64,000 nt of DNA, taken from assembly GCA_963771175.1 (NCBI GenBank), contig CAVYSY010000033.1, positions 256,001 through 320,000 on the forward strand, in the 5' to 3' direction. Below are positions 28,624 to 40,314 of this stretch, piece by piece. A model generated the notes under the pieces. The model was not told the DNA's origin and ran no database searches. It saw only the letters and a list, made by a program, of their open reading frames with translations. A program made the translations under genes and the position numbers. Numbering within the stretch: the first letter of the stretch is position 1; each line of letters starts with the position of its first letter. This DNA comes from an uncultured delta proteobacterium (GTDB lineage Bacteria; Myxococcota; Myxococcia; Myxococcales; Myxococcaceae).

Positions 28624-28896
28624 TTATTTCCGGCCCTTACCCTTGGACTCGGCCACGAGCCGCTCGCGCGTCTCCAGCAGCACGCCGAGCAATTCCTCGG
28701 TACGGGCAATGGCCGTCTGGGCCTTCTTGGCCTGCTCCGCCTTGGGGCCCTTGAGGTTGGCCAGCTCTTTCTTCGCCGGAGAGAAGAGCGACTGGACCTC
28801 TTCGGCGGAGGCACGCTCGATGAAGGACTCGATGGCCGGGAACGAGGGCGTGGGCAGCGGATCGACGGGGGCGGTCTGCTTGGACGGCGGAGGCAT
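28624..28896 (-). CDS. Small helical protein (SctE/YscE-like by position)
   Basis: 90 aa, GGAGA RBS, coiled coil, first gene of cluster. Confidence 0.55.
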   Translation of the reverse strand: MPPPSKQTAPVDPLPTPSFPAIESFIERASAEEVQSLFSPAKKELANLKGPKAEQAKKAQTAIARTEELLGVLLETRERLVAESKGKGRK

Positions 28897-29159
28897 GGTG
28901 GAAACGTCTCCTGTCTGTGCCAGCCCAGGGGGGGCCAGCGCGGTCGGATGGCCCTGACGGTAGGGGAAAAGCCCCTCCGGGTTCAAGCTGCCTGCCCCCC
29001 AGGCGGGGCGCCGCTCCACAACGAGACGCCCGAGGAGGGCTCAGGCGCGCCCGTTTCCCGCCCCCGCCCTGTCCCATTCTCAAGGTGCACCTAGGTTTTT
29101 CCCAGCGGGAGGCACGGCCATGGGGGGCACGGCCACCGCCTGACGAGGAGAGACATCAC

Positions 29160-29697
29160 ATGACGAAGAAGCTTGTGGGGCTGTTCGCGTCCGTGGCGCT
29201 GCTGGGCTCCGGCATGGCGTTGGCGAACAACGAGGAGAAGAGCAAGGAGCAGCAGCAGAGCCAAAGTGGCCAGCAGATGGGCGGCGAGGCCACCGGTGGC
29301 GCCGGCCAGCAGACGGGCGGCATGCAGCAGATGGGCGAGAAGCAGGTCAGCGGCACCGTGGTGAAGAGCAGCTCCGATGAAGTGAAGCTGCGGACCGACA
29401 ACGGCATCATCGCCGTCAAGGTCAACAAGGACACCAAGTTCCAGGATCCCAGCCTCAAGCGCGCGCGCGATCTCAAGGAAGGCCAGCAGGTGCGCACCAG
29501 CTTCGAGATCAAGGACGACCAGAACGTCGCCAAGAGCATCTCGCTGGACACCAGCATGGGTGGTAGCGGCATGGAACCGGACACGGGCATCAACCAGCAG
29601 CCGAGTGACACGGGCGGCTCGGGGCTCGACCAGCCCATCGACCAGCCCATCGACGCGAGCCGACATGGGCGGCGACAAGGGCGACAAGACCTATTAG
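29160..29697 (+). CDS. Secreted protein with small beta (OB-like) domain; probable frameshift near 29657
   Basis: GAGGAG RBS, signal peptide MTKKLVGLFASVALLGSGMALA, VKVNKDTKF...DLKEGQQV; alternative frame ends MGGDKGDKTY* just before a hairpin (literal ORF runs to 29786). Confidence 0.65.
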
Positions 29698-29728
29698 GCA
29701 GGCAGTCACCCCGCGAGAATGTTCCCTC

Positions 29729-29759
29729 TGCTCGCGGCCTCACCCCGAGGCCGCGAGCA
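29729..29759 (+). terminator. 13-bp perfect hairpin
   Basis: TGCTCGCGGCCTC-ACCCC-GAGGCCGCGAGCA. Confidence 0.6.
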
Positions 29760-29771
29760 TCGCTCAGTTCC

Positions 29772-29787
29772 TTCAGTATTGACTGAA
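29772..29787. promoter_or_regulatory. Putative operator palindrome for GbsR-type regulator
   Basis: TTCAGT-ATTG-ACTGAA, AT-rich, ~50 bp upstream of the regulator. Confidence 0.6.
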
Positions 29788-29836
29788 TGTCCTGACACGG
29801 ACATGGTGCGCGACTCCGGCCCCGGGGGTACCGCGC

Positions 29837-30355
29837 ATGCTTCAGGACGGTTTGAGCGCAGAGGAGGAACGGTTCATCGAGTCGATGGGCCTGTTCTTCG
29901 AGCGCCAGGGCGTGCCGCGCATCGGCGGCCGCATCCTCGGGCTGCTGCTGCTCGCCGAGAAGCCGCTGGCGCTCGGTGAGCTCGCCGAGCTGCTCCGGGT
30001 GAGCCCGGCCTCGGTGTCCACCAACATCCGCCAGCTCCAGGCCAGCGGTCTCGTGGACCCGGCCAGCATCCCGGGTGATCGCCGGCACTACTACGTCTTC
30101 AACAACGCGGGCTGGGATCACCGGCTCGAGCTGGCGATCTCCGCCATGGATGCCCTGGCCCGGCTGTGCCAGGACGCGCTCGCCATGCCCGCGCTGCGCA
30201 GCCGCCACAATCTGAACGAGGCGGTGGAGTTCTGCGATTTCTACCGCCAGGAGTTGGTCGGTGCCTCCGAGCGCTGGCGCGCCCGCTTCACGCGCAAGCC
30301 CGGCACCCAGCCCCCCTCCCCTTCCGCGCGCCCACGCCGGAACACCCTCCGCTAA
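29837..30355 (+). CDS. GbsR/MarR family transcriptional regulator
   Basis: FIESMGLFFERQGVPRIGGRILGLLL...SPASVSTNIRQL...GDRRHYY. Confidence 0.9.
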   Translation: MLQDGLSAEEERFIESMGLFFERQGVPRIGGRILGLLLLAEKPLALGELAELLRVSPASVSTNIRQLQASGLVDPASIPGDRRHYYVFNNAGWDHRLELAISAMDALARLCQDALAMPALRSRHNLNEAVEFCDFYRQELVGASERWRARFTRKPGTQPPSPSARPRRNTLR

Positions 30356-30401
30356 CCCTCCACCCGCCTTCCCCCGGTTCGCAGAAAGGACCGCACCCGC
30401 C

Positions 30402-31164
30402 ATGACCCAGCTCACTGCCGTACCCGGCGGAGCCAAACCGATTGTCTCCCTCTCCGACGTCACCAAGACGTACTCCCTGGGCAAGGTGGAGGTGCCCGCG
30501 CTGCGCGGGGTGACCCTCGAGGTGTACCCGGGCGAGTTCCTCTCCATCGCCGGCCCGTCGGGCAGCGGCAAGACCACGCTGCTCAACCTGATCGGCTGCG
30601 TGGACACGCCCACCTCGGGCACGGTGAAGGTCGCCGGCCAGGACACCAAGCAGCTCTCCGAGCGGCAGCTCACCGACCTGCGCCTGCACACCATCGGCTT
30701 CATCTTCCAGAGCTTCAACCTGGTCTCGGTGCTCAGCGTCTTCCAGAACGTGGAGTTCCCGCTGCTGCTGCAGCGCAAGCTGCAACGCGCGCGAGCGCCG
30801 CGCAGCGGGTGATGGAGCTGCTCGAGCAGGTGGGCCTCGCGAAGCACGCCAAGCACCGGCCCAACGAGCTGTCCGGCGGCCAGCGCCAGCGCGTGGCCGT
30901 CGCGCGCGCGCTGGTCACCCGCCCCAAGCTCGTGCTCGCCGACGAGCCCACCGCCAACCTCGACTCGGTGACCGGCCAGAACATCATCGACCTGATGAAG
31001 GAGCTGAACCGCAAGGAGGGCACCACCTTCATCTTCTCCACCCACGACGCCAAGGTGATGGCCCACGCCAACGCGGTGGTGCGGCTGGCGGACGGGAAGA
31101 TCGTCGACCGCATCACGCCGGCCGAGGCCGCAGCGGCGCCATGGCCGCGTCCGGGGGCCACTGA
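30402..31164 (+). CDS. ABC transporter ATP-binding protein (LolD/MacB-like), frameshifted
   Basis: GPSGSGKT, GFIFQSFNL, ELSGGQRQRVA, LADEPTANLD. Confidence 0.9.
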
Positions 31165-33307
31165 TGAGGCCAGCTCGAGCTCCTGGGCTTGCCAGATCGC
31201 CCTGCGCAACCTGTTCGCCAGCCGGCTCAAGACCGCTCATCGGCGGCATCATCTTCTTCGGCACCGTGCTGGTGGTGGTCGGCAGCGCGCTGCTCGACAG
31301 CATGGACGAGGCGATGAGCCGCAGCATCATCGGCAGCGTCGCCGGCCACCTCCAGGTGTACTCGGACGAAGTCCAAGGACGAGCTGGCCCTCTTCGGCCA
31401 GATGGGCGGCGAGCCGGACCTGCGCCCGATCGAGGACTTCTCGCGCGGTCAAGGAGCCGGCTGCAGAAGCTCCCCAACGTGAAGACGGTGGTGCCCATGG
31501 GCACCGCCGGCGCCCTCGTCACCTCGGGCAACACCGTCGACCTGACGCTCGCGCGCCTGCGCGACCTCTACAAGAAGCGCCGCCCAGGGCGAGACGCCCG
31601 AGCTGCGCGACGCAGATCGACAGCCTCCAAGGCGCACGTGCGCCAGCATGATCGCCCTGCTGCGAGGAGGACCTGAAGCGGCGCAGCGCGCTCGTGGACG
31701 ACGAAGGCCACGGACCCGGCCGACGGCGAGGCGCCTCGCCCGCGCGCCGCTCCGACGCGTTCTGGGCCGACTTCGACAAGGACCCCTTCGACGCGCTGGA
31801 GTTCCTGGAGAACCGCATCGCCCCGCAGGTCGACGGACGGCGACATGCTCTTCGTGCGCTACGTCGGGCACCGACCTCGACGCCTTCCAGAAGACCTTCG
31901 ACCGCATGCGAGATCGTGGAGGCGCAGCCGGTGCCCACGGGCCAGCGCGGCATGCTCCTCGCCAAGTTCTCCTACGAGGAGTGCATCAAGCTGAAGACCG
32001 CGCGCCGCCTGGACCACATCAAGGAGGCGCGCGAGACTCAACCACAAGACGCATCGCCACGGACCCGCGAGCTCAAGCGCTTCGTGAAGGAGAACCAGAC
32101 GCAGATGCGGGAGATCCTCTTCCAGCTCGACCCCATCAAGACGAAGCAGGCCGTGGAGCGGCTCCAGCAGCGTGCTGGGCACGCCAGGAGACGGACCTGG
32201 GCAAGCTGCTCGCGCGCTTCTTCGACCACGGACGACGCCAACTTCGACGCGCGCTACCAGCTCTTCTACGCCGAGCTGGCGCCGCTGCTCGAGCTGTACC
32301 GCGTGCGCATCGGGCGACACCCTCACCATCAAGGCCTTCACCCGCTCCGGCTACGTGCAGAGCGTCAACGTGAAGGTCTACGGCACCTTCCAGTTCAAGG
32401 GCCTGGAGAAGTCGACGCTCGCCGGGACGCTCAGCCTGATGGACCTGATGACCTTCCGCGACCTGTACGGCTACCTCACCGCGGACAAGCAGGCCGAGCT
32501 GGCCGAAGCTCAAGGAGGCCAGCGGCGCGCAGGAGGTCAAGCGCGAGGACGCCGAGGCCGCGCTCTTCGGCGACGGCGGCGCAGGCCGCCCTGGTGGCCG
32601 ACGCCACGCCCGGGCTCATCGACGAGGACAAGCAGCTCGACGGCGTCGCCCAGAAGCTGCGCCGCGAGGACGCTGGCCAACCGCGTCTACACGCAGGAGG
32701 AGATCGAGCAGGGCGTGGTGCTCAACGCCGCGGTCATCCTCAAGGACCCGGAGAAGCTGCGAGCAGACGCTGGCCGAGCTGCAGAGCCGCGGCGAAGGAC
32801 GCGGGGCTGCACGCTGCAGGTCGTCGCCTGGCAGAAGGCCGCGGGCATCATCGGCCAGTTCGTCCTGGTGGCCGCCTGGTGCTCTACTTCGCCGTCTTCA
32901 TCATCTTCGTGCGTCGCGCTGGTCATCATCAACAACGCGATGGTGATGGCCACGCTGCAGCGGGTGCAGCGAGATCGGCACCATGCGGGCCATCGGCGCG
33001 CAGCGCCGCTTCGTGCTGGCGATGGTGCTGGTCGAGACGCTGGTGCTCGGCCTCGTCTTCGGCTCGGTGGGCGCGCGCCGTGGGCGGCGCCATCGTGCGC
33101 TCCTCGGCGCGCGTCGGCATCCCCGCCAGCAACGAGGCGCTGTACTTCTTCTTCTCCGGGCCCCGGCTCTTCCCCAGCCTGACACGCGTCCAACCTCGTG
33201 GTCGCCTTCGTCATCGTGCTCGTGGTGAGCCGCCCTCTCCGCCTTCTACCCGGCGTTCCTCGCCACCCGCGTCACGCCCGCTCGAGGCGATGCAGTCGGA
33301 GGAGTGA
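31164..33307 (+). CDS. FtsX-like ABC permease 1 (many indels)
   Basis: Fragments IALRNLF, SVAGHLQVYS, IINNAMVMATLQR, EIGTMRAIGAQ, LEAMQSEE across frames. Confidence 0.75.
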
Positions 33308-33312
33308 GCGCC

Positions 33313-34646
33313 ATGCAACAGCTCCTCCTCATCGCCGTCCGCAACCTCGCGCAGCCCACAAGCGCCGCACGCTGCTGCTGGGCGGCGCCATCGCCGGCGT
33401 CACCGCGCTGCTCGTCGTGCTCATGGGCGCTCGTCCGACGGCATGCAGGCGACGATGCTCGAGTCCGGCCACCACGCTGATGACCGGCCACGTCAACGTC
33501 GGCGGCTTCTACAAGGTCGACCGCCGGGCCAGTCCGCGCCGGTGGTCACCGACTACCCGAAGGTGCTGGAGCAGCTCGACGGCCAGGAGGTGCCCGAGCT
33601 GGACTACGTCGTGCAGCGCGGCCGCGGCTGGGCCAAGCGGTCAGCCGAGACCGGCTCGCATGCAGGTGGGCATGGGCGGCATCGACATGGCGCCGACGAG
33701 CCGGGCTTCCGCAAGGTGGTGCAGGTGCGCGAGGGCACGCTCGACGACCTCGCCCAGCCCAACACCATCGCTGCTCTTCGAGGAGCAGGCCAAGAAGCTC
33801 GGGGTGAAGGTGGGCGACACGCTCACGCTCTCGGCCCCCACCATGCGCGGCATCAACAACACCGTCGACGTGCGCGTGGCGGCCATCGCCACGAACATGG
33901 GCCTGCTGAGCTCCTTCAACGTCTTCATGCCCAACTCCACCGCTGCGCGACCTCTACCAGCTCGACGACGGACACCACCGGCGCCCTGCAGCTCTACCTC
34001 AAGGACATGCCGGCCATCCGCCGCCGGTCGCGGCGCGCCTGCGCAAGGCGCTGCCCGACGCAGGGCTACCAGCTGATGGAGCACGACCCCCAGCCCTTCT
34101 GCATGAAGTTCGAGACGGTCAACCGCGAGGACTGGACCGGCCAGAAGCTCGACGTCACCACCTGGGAGGACGAGATGTCCTTCATCAAGTGGACGCTCGT
34201 CCGCGCTGGATGCGCCTCACCGGCGTCCTCATCTTCGTGCTGCTCGTCATCATCGCGGTGGGCATCATGAACACGCATGTGGATCGCCATCCGCGAGCGC
34301 ACCCGCGAGATCGGCACGCTGCGCGCCATCGGCATGCAGCGCGGCTGCGTGCTGGTGATGTTCCTGCTCGAGGCGCTCGCTGCTCGGGCTGCTCGGCACC
34401 GCCGTGGGCGCGCGCGCTCGGCGTCGGCGCTGTGCGCTCGGCCTCAACGCCGCGCGACATCGCCGTGCCCGGTGGCCGTGCAGATCTTCCTCATGTCCGA
34501 CCACGCTGCACCTCGCCGTGCGACCCGGCTCGGTGCTGGCGCGCCGTCGCTCTTCATCACGCTGTGCACCACCGCTCGTCTCGCTGGTCCCCTCCTTCCG
34601 CGCCGCCCGGCTCAAGCCCGTCACCGCCATGCACCACATCGGGTGA
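33313..34646 (+). CDS. FtsX-like ABC permease 2 (many indels)
   Basis: MQQLLLIAVRNL, WIAIRERTREIGTLRAIGM, RAARLKPVTAMHHIG. Confidence 0.75.
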
Positions 34647-34652
34647 TCGACC

Positions 34653-35452
34653 ATGCGCACTCGCGCCACCTCCTCGCCGCGCCGCGCTGGCTCGCGGTGC
34701 TGCTCGCCGCCCGCCGCCGCCGTCGCCCTCGACGCGGCCGCAGGATGACGCAAGCTGCTGCGAGACGCATCGACGACCGCCAGCGCAACAGCGGCGACTA
34801 CAAGTCGCTCGTCCTACATGGAGCAGAAGGAGAAGGACAAGGCCGACGTCGTGCTACGAGGCGGTCGTCTACCGCCGCGACGCCGACGACAAGCTGATGA
34901 TCCTCTTCACTCAAGCCCAAGGCCGAGGCCGGCAAGGGCTACCTGCGCATCGACAAGAACCTGTGGATCTACGACCCCAACGGTGGGCAAGTGGGAGCGG
35001 CGCACCGAGCGCGAGCGCATCGGCGGCACCGACTCGCGCCGCGCACGACTTCGACGAGTCGCGGCTCGCCGAGGAGTACGACCCGACGTACGAGGGCGAG
35101 GAGAAGCTCGGCAAGCCTTCACGGTCCACCAGCTCAAGCTCACGGCCAAGGAGGGCGTCGACGTCGCCTACCCGGTGGTGCAGCTGTGGGTCGACAAGGC
35201 CACCAGCAACATCCTCAAGCGCCAGGAGTTCGCGCTCTCCGGCCGGCTGATGCGCACCGCGCTACTACCCGAAGTGGCAGAAGCTCTTCAGCGAGTCGAA
35301 GAAGGCCGACGTCTGGTACCCGCAGGAGATGCGCTTCTACGACGAGGTCGAGAAGGCCAACTCCACGCTCGTCGCTCATCAAGACGGTGGACCTGCGGCC
35401 GCTCGACGCCAACCTCTTCACCAAGGCCTGGCTCGAGAGCAAGAGCCGATGA
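34653..35452 (+). CDS. Outer-membrane lipoprotein-sorting (LolA-like) protein (many indels)
   Basis: IDDRQRNSGD, GKGYLRIDKNLW, ERERIGGTDS, LWVDK, NLFTKAWLE. Confidence 0.7.
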
Positions 35453-37025
35453 GCGCGCTCGCCACCTCGCGGCCTCGCCGCTGGCCGCGGCGCCTCGTCC
35501 GCGCCTGCCCGCGCTCGCCCAGGAGCGGCCCGACGAGGAGCGACCTCTTCGGCGGCGACCGCCCGACGCGCAGCCCGCCCGCCGAGCCGAGGCCCCGCGC
35601 CGACGAGCGCCGGCGACGAGCGCCGCCGGCGTCCGACGCGGCCCCGCCCCGAGCCGGCGACGCCGCGACCGACGCCGAGGCCGCGCGCTCGAGCAGAGGC
35701 GAGCCCGGCCGGCGGCCCGCGCCAGAGCGCCTTCGACACGGAGGAGGCCACCGAGGACCCGCTGCAAGATCGGCGGCCAGCTTCTACCTGCGCGCCACTC
35801 ACCCAGGGCGAGCGAGGGGCGTGTCCTTCGGCAGACACCTCCTTCTCCGCGCCGACGCTGGTGGACGGCTACTTCGACGCCCGCCCCACCGACCGGGTGC
35901 GCGGCTTCGTCCTCGGCCGGCTCACCTACGACCCGACGCCGCCGAGCTCGGGCGGCCTCACCGCTCGGGCACGACGTCCAGCCGCCGCCGAATCCGCGCG
36001 TGCTCGCTCGACCAGCTCTGGCTGCGCTTCGACGTCGGCCGCACGGTCGTTCGTCACCGCCGGCAAGCAGCACGTGAAGTGGGGCACCTCGCGCTTCTGG
36101 AACCCCACCGACTTCCTCAGCCCGCAGCGCAGGGATCCGCTCGCGCTCTTCGACGCGCGCACCGGCGCCACCATGCTCAAGCTGCACGTGCCCTGGGAGG
36201 CCAGGGGCTGGAACTTCTACGCCATCGGCCTGCTCGACAACGCCGGCCCCGCCAACACGCTGGGCCGCGTCGGCGGCGCGGCGCGCGCCGAGGTGGTGCT
36301 GGGTCAGACGGAGTTGGGGGTGGAGCGCGTGCTCCAGCGCGGCCGCAAGCCCCGCTTCGGCCTCGACCTCTCCTCGGCCCTCGGCCCCATCGACGTCTAC
36401 GGCGAGGTGGCGCTCAAGAAGGGCTCGGACACGCCCCTCTACCGCCTGCCCGGGGACGTCTCCATTGGACGACCTGCTCGGACAGGTGCAGGGCAACGGC
36501 GGCATGCCTCCGGACCTGAGCGCACTGCCCATCGAGCAGTACTACCCGGAGGGCTACACCCCGCAGGTGAGCGGCGGCGCTACCTGGACGTTCGCCTACA
36601 CCGACAACGACACCGCCACCGTGGGCGTCGAGTACTTCTACAACTCGACGGGCTACCCCACCTCCCTGGCCTACCCGTACCTCATCCTCCAGGGGCAGTT
36701 CCAGCCCTTCTACCTCGGCCGGCACTACGCCGCCCTCTACGGCCTGCTCGCCGGGCCGGGCTCCTGGGACAACACCAACTTCATCCTCTCCAACCTGGGC
36801 AACCTCTCCGACCGCTCCTTCATCACCCGCCTGGACGTGACGCACCGGGCGCTGCGCTACCTGAGCGTCGAGGCCTACGTCGCCGTCAACTACGGCCAGA
36901 AGGGCGGCGAGTTCCGCTTCGCGCTCGATCTGCCCGCCATGAGCATGGGCGGGCAGCCAATTCCTCCCATTGTCGTCGCCCCCCCGACCGTCCAGGCGGG
37001 CCTGGGTCTGCGCATCGACATCTGA
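35449..37025 (+). CDS. Putative outer-membrane beta-barrel protein (many indels)
   Basis: GKQHVKWGTSRFWNPTDFL, VGVEYFYN, ends VQAGLGLRIDI. Confidence 0.65.
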
Positions 37026-37052
37026 AGCCGCGGGCGTGCCCATGGAAGAGGC

Positions 37053-38435
37053 ATGGACTGCTCTTCCGACGTGGTCATCCTGGGGGCCGGGGCCGCGGGG
37101 CTCGCCGCAGCGGATGGACTGGCCCGCGCCGGCCTCCAGGTGGTTGTACTGGAGGCCCGCGAGCGCCCCGGAGGCCGGCTGGGCACCGTGCATGACTCCG
37201 TGGACGGCGTGCCCCTCGAGCTGGGCGCGGAGTTCATCCACGGACAGCCTCCCGTCCTCATGAAGCTGGTCCGGCGCGCCCGGGTGAAGGTGCGCGTGTG
37301 CAACGACTCGCACGCCCTGCTCCGGCGCGGCGGGTTGGTGGACGGAGGCCCGGAGTTCGACTTCGTGGAGGATCTCGCCGCCGCCGAGCCCCCGGACCAA
37401 CCCGTGGGCCAGTGGATCGCCGAGCGCGCCCGCGTCGGCCGCTGGCCCGAGCGAAAGGTCCGCATGGCCCAGGCCTATGTGGAGGGCTTCTACGCGGCCA
37501 CCGTGGAGACGGCCAGCGCGCTCGCCATCGCCCGCATGGAGCGCGCGTCGATGGGGCTCGGAGGCATCGCGCCCTCACGCGCGCTGCAGGGCTACGACCG
37601 GGTGCTGGAGCCGCTCGTCCACGGGTTGCGGCGCCGGCCGGGGACCCTCTTCTTCAACGCCGTGGCCGAGCAGGTGCGGTGGTCGCCTCGGGGCGTCGAG
37701 GTACGCGCGAGGACCCGCGAGGGCTCACCCCTGGGCACCTTCCGCGCTCGGCGCGCCGTGGTGACACTGCCCGTGGGCGTGCTCAAGGCCGCGCCTCCCG
37801 AGCCAGGAGCGGTGAGGTTCATCCCTCGCATCCCGGAGAAGGAGCGCGCCCTGGCCCGGCTCGAGATGGGGCCCCTGGTGAAGGTCTTCCTGCGCTTCCG
37901 CACTCCCTTCTGGGAGGAGCGCGAGGAGACCCGGCGCTACGGCTTCTTCCATGCCCCCGAGCTGCCCATCCCCACCTGGTGGACGCTCTCGCCCCTGCAT
38001 TCGCGCTACCTCGTGGGCTGGGCCGGCGGTCCCGAGGCCGAGGCCCTCTCCCGGCTTCGCGAGGAGGAGGTGCTGCGACAGTCGATGGAGGTGCTCGCGC
38101 GGCTCTTCAGGCGCTCCCGGCGAGAACTCCAGGAGCAGCTCGAGAGCTGGCGCGTCCAGGACTGGCAACGCGAGCCGTTCACCCGCGGCGGGTACTGCGT
38201 CATTCCGTGGGGAGCGGTGGATGCCATGGAGGTCCTGGCACAACCGGTGCTGGGCACCCTGTTCTTCGCCGGTGAGGCCACCCACCTCGACGGAGAGGAG
38301 GGCACGGTGCATGGAGCGCTGGCCACCGGGCTCCGCGCGGCTCGGGAGGTGCTCGGAGCGACTCAGGGGGTCGGCAGGCCTACTCGAGGCTGGCGCGGTG
38401 CTGGAGATGCTCCTCGAAGGACGAGAGTTCGGTGA
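37053..38435 (+). CDS. Flavin monoamine oxidase family protein
   Basis: GAGAAG, LEARERPGGR, ELGAEFIHG, LFFAGEAT, GTVHGALATG. Confidence 0.92.
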   Translation: MDCSSDVVILGAGAAGLAAADGLARAGLQVVVLEARERPGGRLGTVHDSVDGVPLELGAEFIHGQPPVLMKLVRRARVKVRVCNDSHALLRRGGLVDGGPEFDFVEDLAAAEPPDQPVGQWIAERARVGRWPERKVRMAQAYVEGFYAATVETASALAIARMERASMGLGGIAPSRALQGYDRVLEPLVHGLRRRPGTLFFNAVAEQVRWSPRGVEVRARTREGSPLGTFRARRAVVTLPVGVLKAAPPEPGAVRFIPRIPEKERALARLEMGPLVKVFLRFRTPFWEEREETRRYGFFHAPELPIPTWWTLSPLHSRYLVGWAGGPEAEALSRLREEEVLRQSMEVLARLFRRSRRELQEQLESWRVQDWQREPFTRGGYCVIPWGAVDAMEVLAQPVLGTLFFAGEATHLDGEEGTVHGALATGLRAAREVLGATQGVGRPTRGWRGAGDAPRRTRVR

Positions 38436-40314
38436 GCTCGAACCCCTGGGCGCGCAGCCCCCCCAGCGCCTGACGCGCCAGCTCGACATCGCCGTAGAAG
38501 ACGAGGAACCCCGCACCGCGCTTGCGCTGCTCGGGGGTCGCATCGGGCGCCCGCACCACTGCGGCCCAATAGCGGCTGGCCTCCGCGGGCGCACCGAGCT
38601 CATCCGCCACGACCGCCCGCTGGGCGGTGATCTCCGCGGGCTCTCCTTCGCGCTCGGGAGGAAGCGCGGCGAGCGTCTGCCGGGCGCGGAGGATGAACTC
38701 CCGCATCTTCTGCACCGTCTGCTTGTCGAGCACCTCCACGGAGTCGAGCTGCCGCTCGGCCTCGTCCCAGCGATGGGCGCGTGCGTAGACCATGGCCAGG
38801 TTGAGGCGAGCGCGGTGCCACTTCGGCATCCTGGCCACCATGTCCTCGAGGATGGCGATGGACTCCGCGTGACGCCCGAGCTTGCTGAGCGTCACGGCCA
38901 GGTTGTTGTAGGAGCGGGTCTCGGGAAACGCGGCCTCCTCGCGCACGCCCTGCTCGATGTAGCGCAGCGCCTGCGCGTAGCGGCCCTCGTCCATGAGGTA
39001 CCCCGCCAGGCCCTGCAGCACCTGCGTGTTGCCGGGGCTGCGCTCCTCGACCGCCGACTTCCACAACAGGTACTCGTCGACCCAGACACGGTTGCGCAGG
39101 TGGGTTGCGCCCACGAAGGCCACCAACAGCACCGCGAAGCCGCAGAGCGCCGCACGGGGAGCACGCCCGACCCCGTGCTCCACCGGACGCACGAACGCGA
39201 TGGCTCCCATCGCGAGCGGCACATAGAGGAAGCGATCCGCCGCGACCACCTTGATGTCCAGCGGGACGAGGTGGAGGACCATGACCAACGCCGTCATGCC
39301 CGCCACGAGCGCCCCCACCTGCACGGGAGTCAGGTGCGCGCGCCAGCGCCATGCCGCCAGGGCCACGCCGACGAGCAGGACACCTCCCAGGAGCCCCATG
39401 CCGACCCCCAGATGAAACAGGTCCCCGATCTGAAGCTCGGGCCTGAGCGGATCCACCAACATGCGGGCATAATGCGCGATCGCGACCAGACCCGCGCCGA
39501 GCCGGTGCACCAGCGGCAAGCGGATGCCAGGCTCGCCCTCGAACGCCGCATCCGCGAAGTGCGCATGCGCCCGGAACGCGCCATAGACGGCCACGGCCAC
39601 CACGAACGGCAGGATGTGCACCGCCACCCCAAGCAGCGGGCGCCTGTCGCGTCGCGCCTCGGCCACCTCCAGCGCCACGATGCCCACGAGAACCGCCGCG
39701 GCAACCTCCTTGCAAAACAGTCCGAGCAGGAGCGCGAGGGCCGCGAGCCCACGCCGCGCGTGTGCCCGGGGTGCCGTGCTGTAGAACAGCCACGCGCCAA
39801 GGGCGAAGAGTGCGGAAAGGAGATCCGTCCTCCCGGAGATCCAGCTCACGTTCTCGGTGAGCCGGGGGAACGTCCCGAAGAGCGCGGCGGCGACCGCGGC
39901 CGCGAGTGGCGAGCCTCCCGCCCTCCGGCACGCCGCGAAGACGAGCAGCGTGACGCCGAGGTGCAGCAGCAGGTTGGTCAGATGGAAGCCACCCGGCTGG
40001 CCGTTCCACGCCTGCCACTCGAGCGCATAGCTCCACGTCACGAGCGGGCGATAGAAGTTGCGTGACACCTTCAGCTTCAGCGAGTCGCTCCAGAACATCC
40101 GCTCGAAGTACGTGCTCAGCGGCGCCAGCTCGCGAACGATCTCCTGCTCCTCGATGAGCGAGTGGTCGTCCCAGGCGAAGCCGCCATCCAGCGCGTTCGC
40201 ATAGGCGGCGAGCACGGCGATGAGCGGGATGCAAAACACCCAGCGCCAGAGCCTGGCCGAGCGCGTGGGGAGCTGCTGCTCCGATGAGGAGGGATGGACC
40301 ACCGGGGTGCTCAT
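38380..40314 (-). CDS. TMTC-like membrane glycosyltransferase with C-terminal TPR
   Basis: FAWDD, FYRPL, FHLTNLLLH, ENVSWISGRTDLL, ADRFLYVP, RNRVW, TPRs. Confidence 0.8.
   Translation of the reverse strand: MSTPVVHPSSSEQQLPTRSARLWRWVFCIPLIAVLAAYANALDGGFAWDDHSLIEEQEIVRELAPLSTYFERMFWSDSLKLKVSRNFYRPLVTWSYALEWQAWNGQPGGFHLTNLLLHLGVTLLVFAACRRAGGSPLAAAVAAALFGTFPRLTENVSWISGRTDLLSALFALGAWLFYSTAPRAHARRGLAALALLLGLFCKEVAAAVLVGIVALEVAEARRDRRPLLGVAVHILPFVVAVAVYGAFRAHAHFADAAFEGEPGIRLPLVHRLGAGLVAIAHYARMLVDPLRPELQIGDLFHLGVGMGLLGGVLLVGVALAAWRWRAHLTPVQVGALVAGMTALVMVLHLVPLDIKVVAADRFLYVPLAMGAIAFVRPVEHGVGRAPRAALCGFAVLLVAFVGATHLRNRVWVDEYLLWKSAVEERSPGNTQVLQGLAGYLMDEGRYAQALRYIEQGVREEAAFPETRSYNNLAVTLSKLGRHAESIAILEDMVARMPKWHRARLNLAMVYARAHRWDEAERQLDSVEVLDKQTVQKMREFILRARQTLAALPPEREGEPAEITAQRAVVADELGAPAEASRYWAAVVRAPDATPEQRKRGAGFLVFYGDVELARQALGGLRAQGFELTELSSFEEHLQHRASLE

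Noticed and set aside
30780..36480. Extreme indel density suggesting pseudogenisation or programmed frameshifting
   Set aside because: Codon bias and motifs are intact between indels and the zone has fairly sharp edges; fits a low-coverage consensus.
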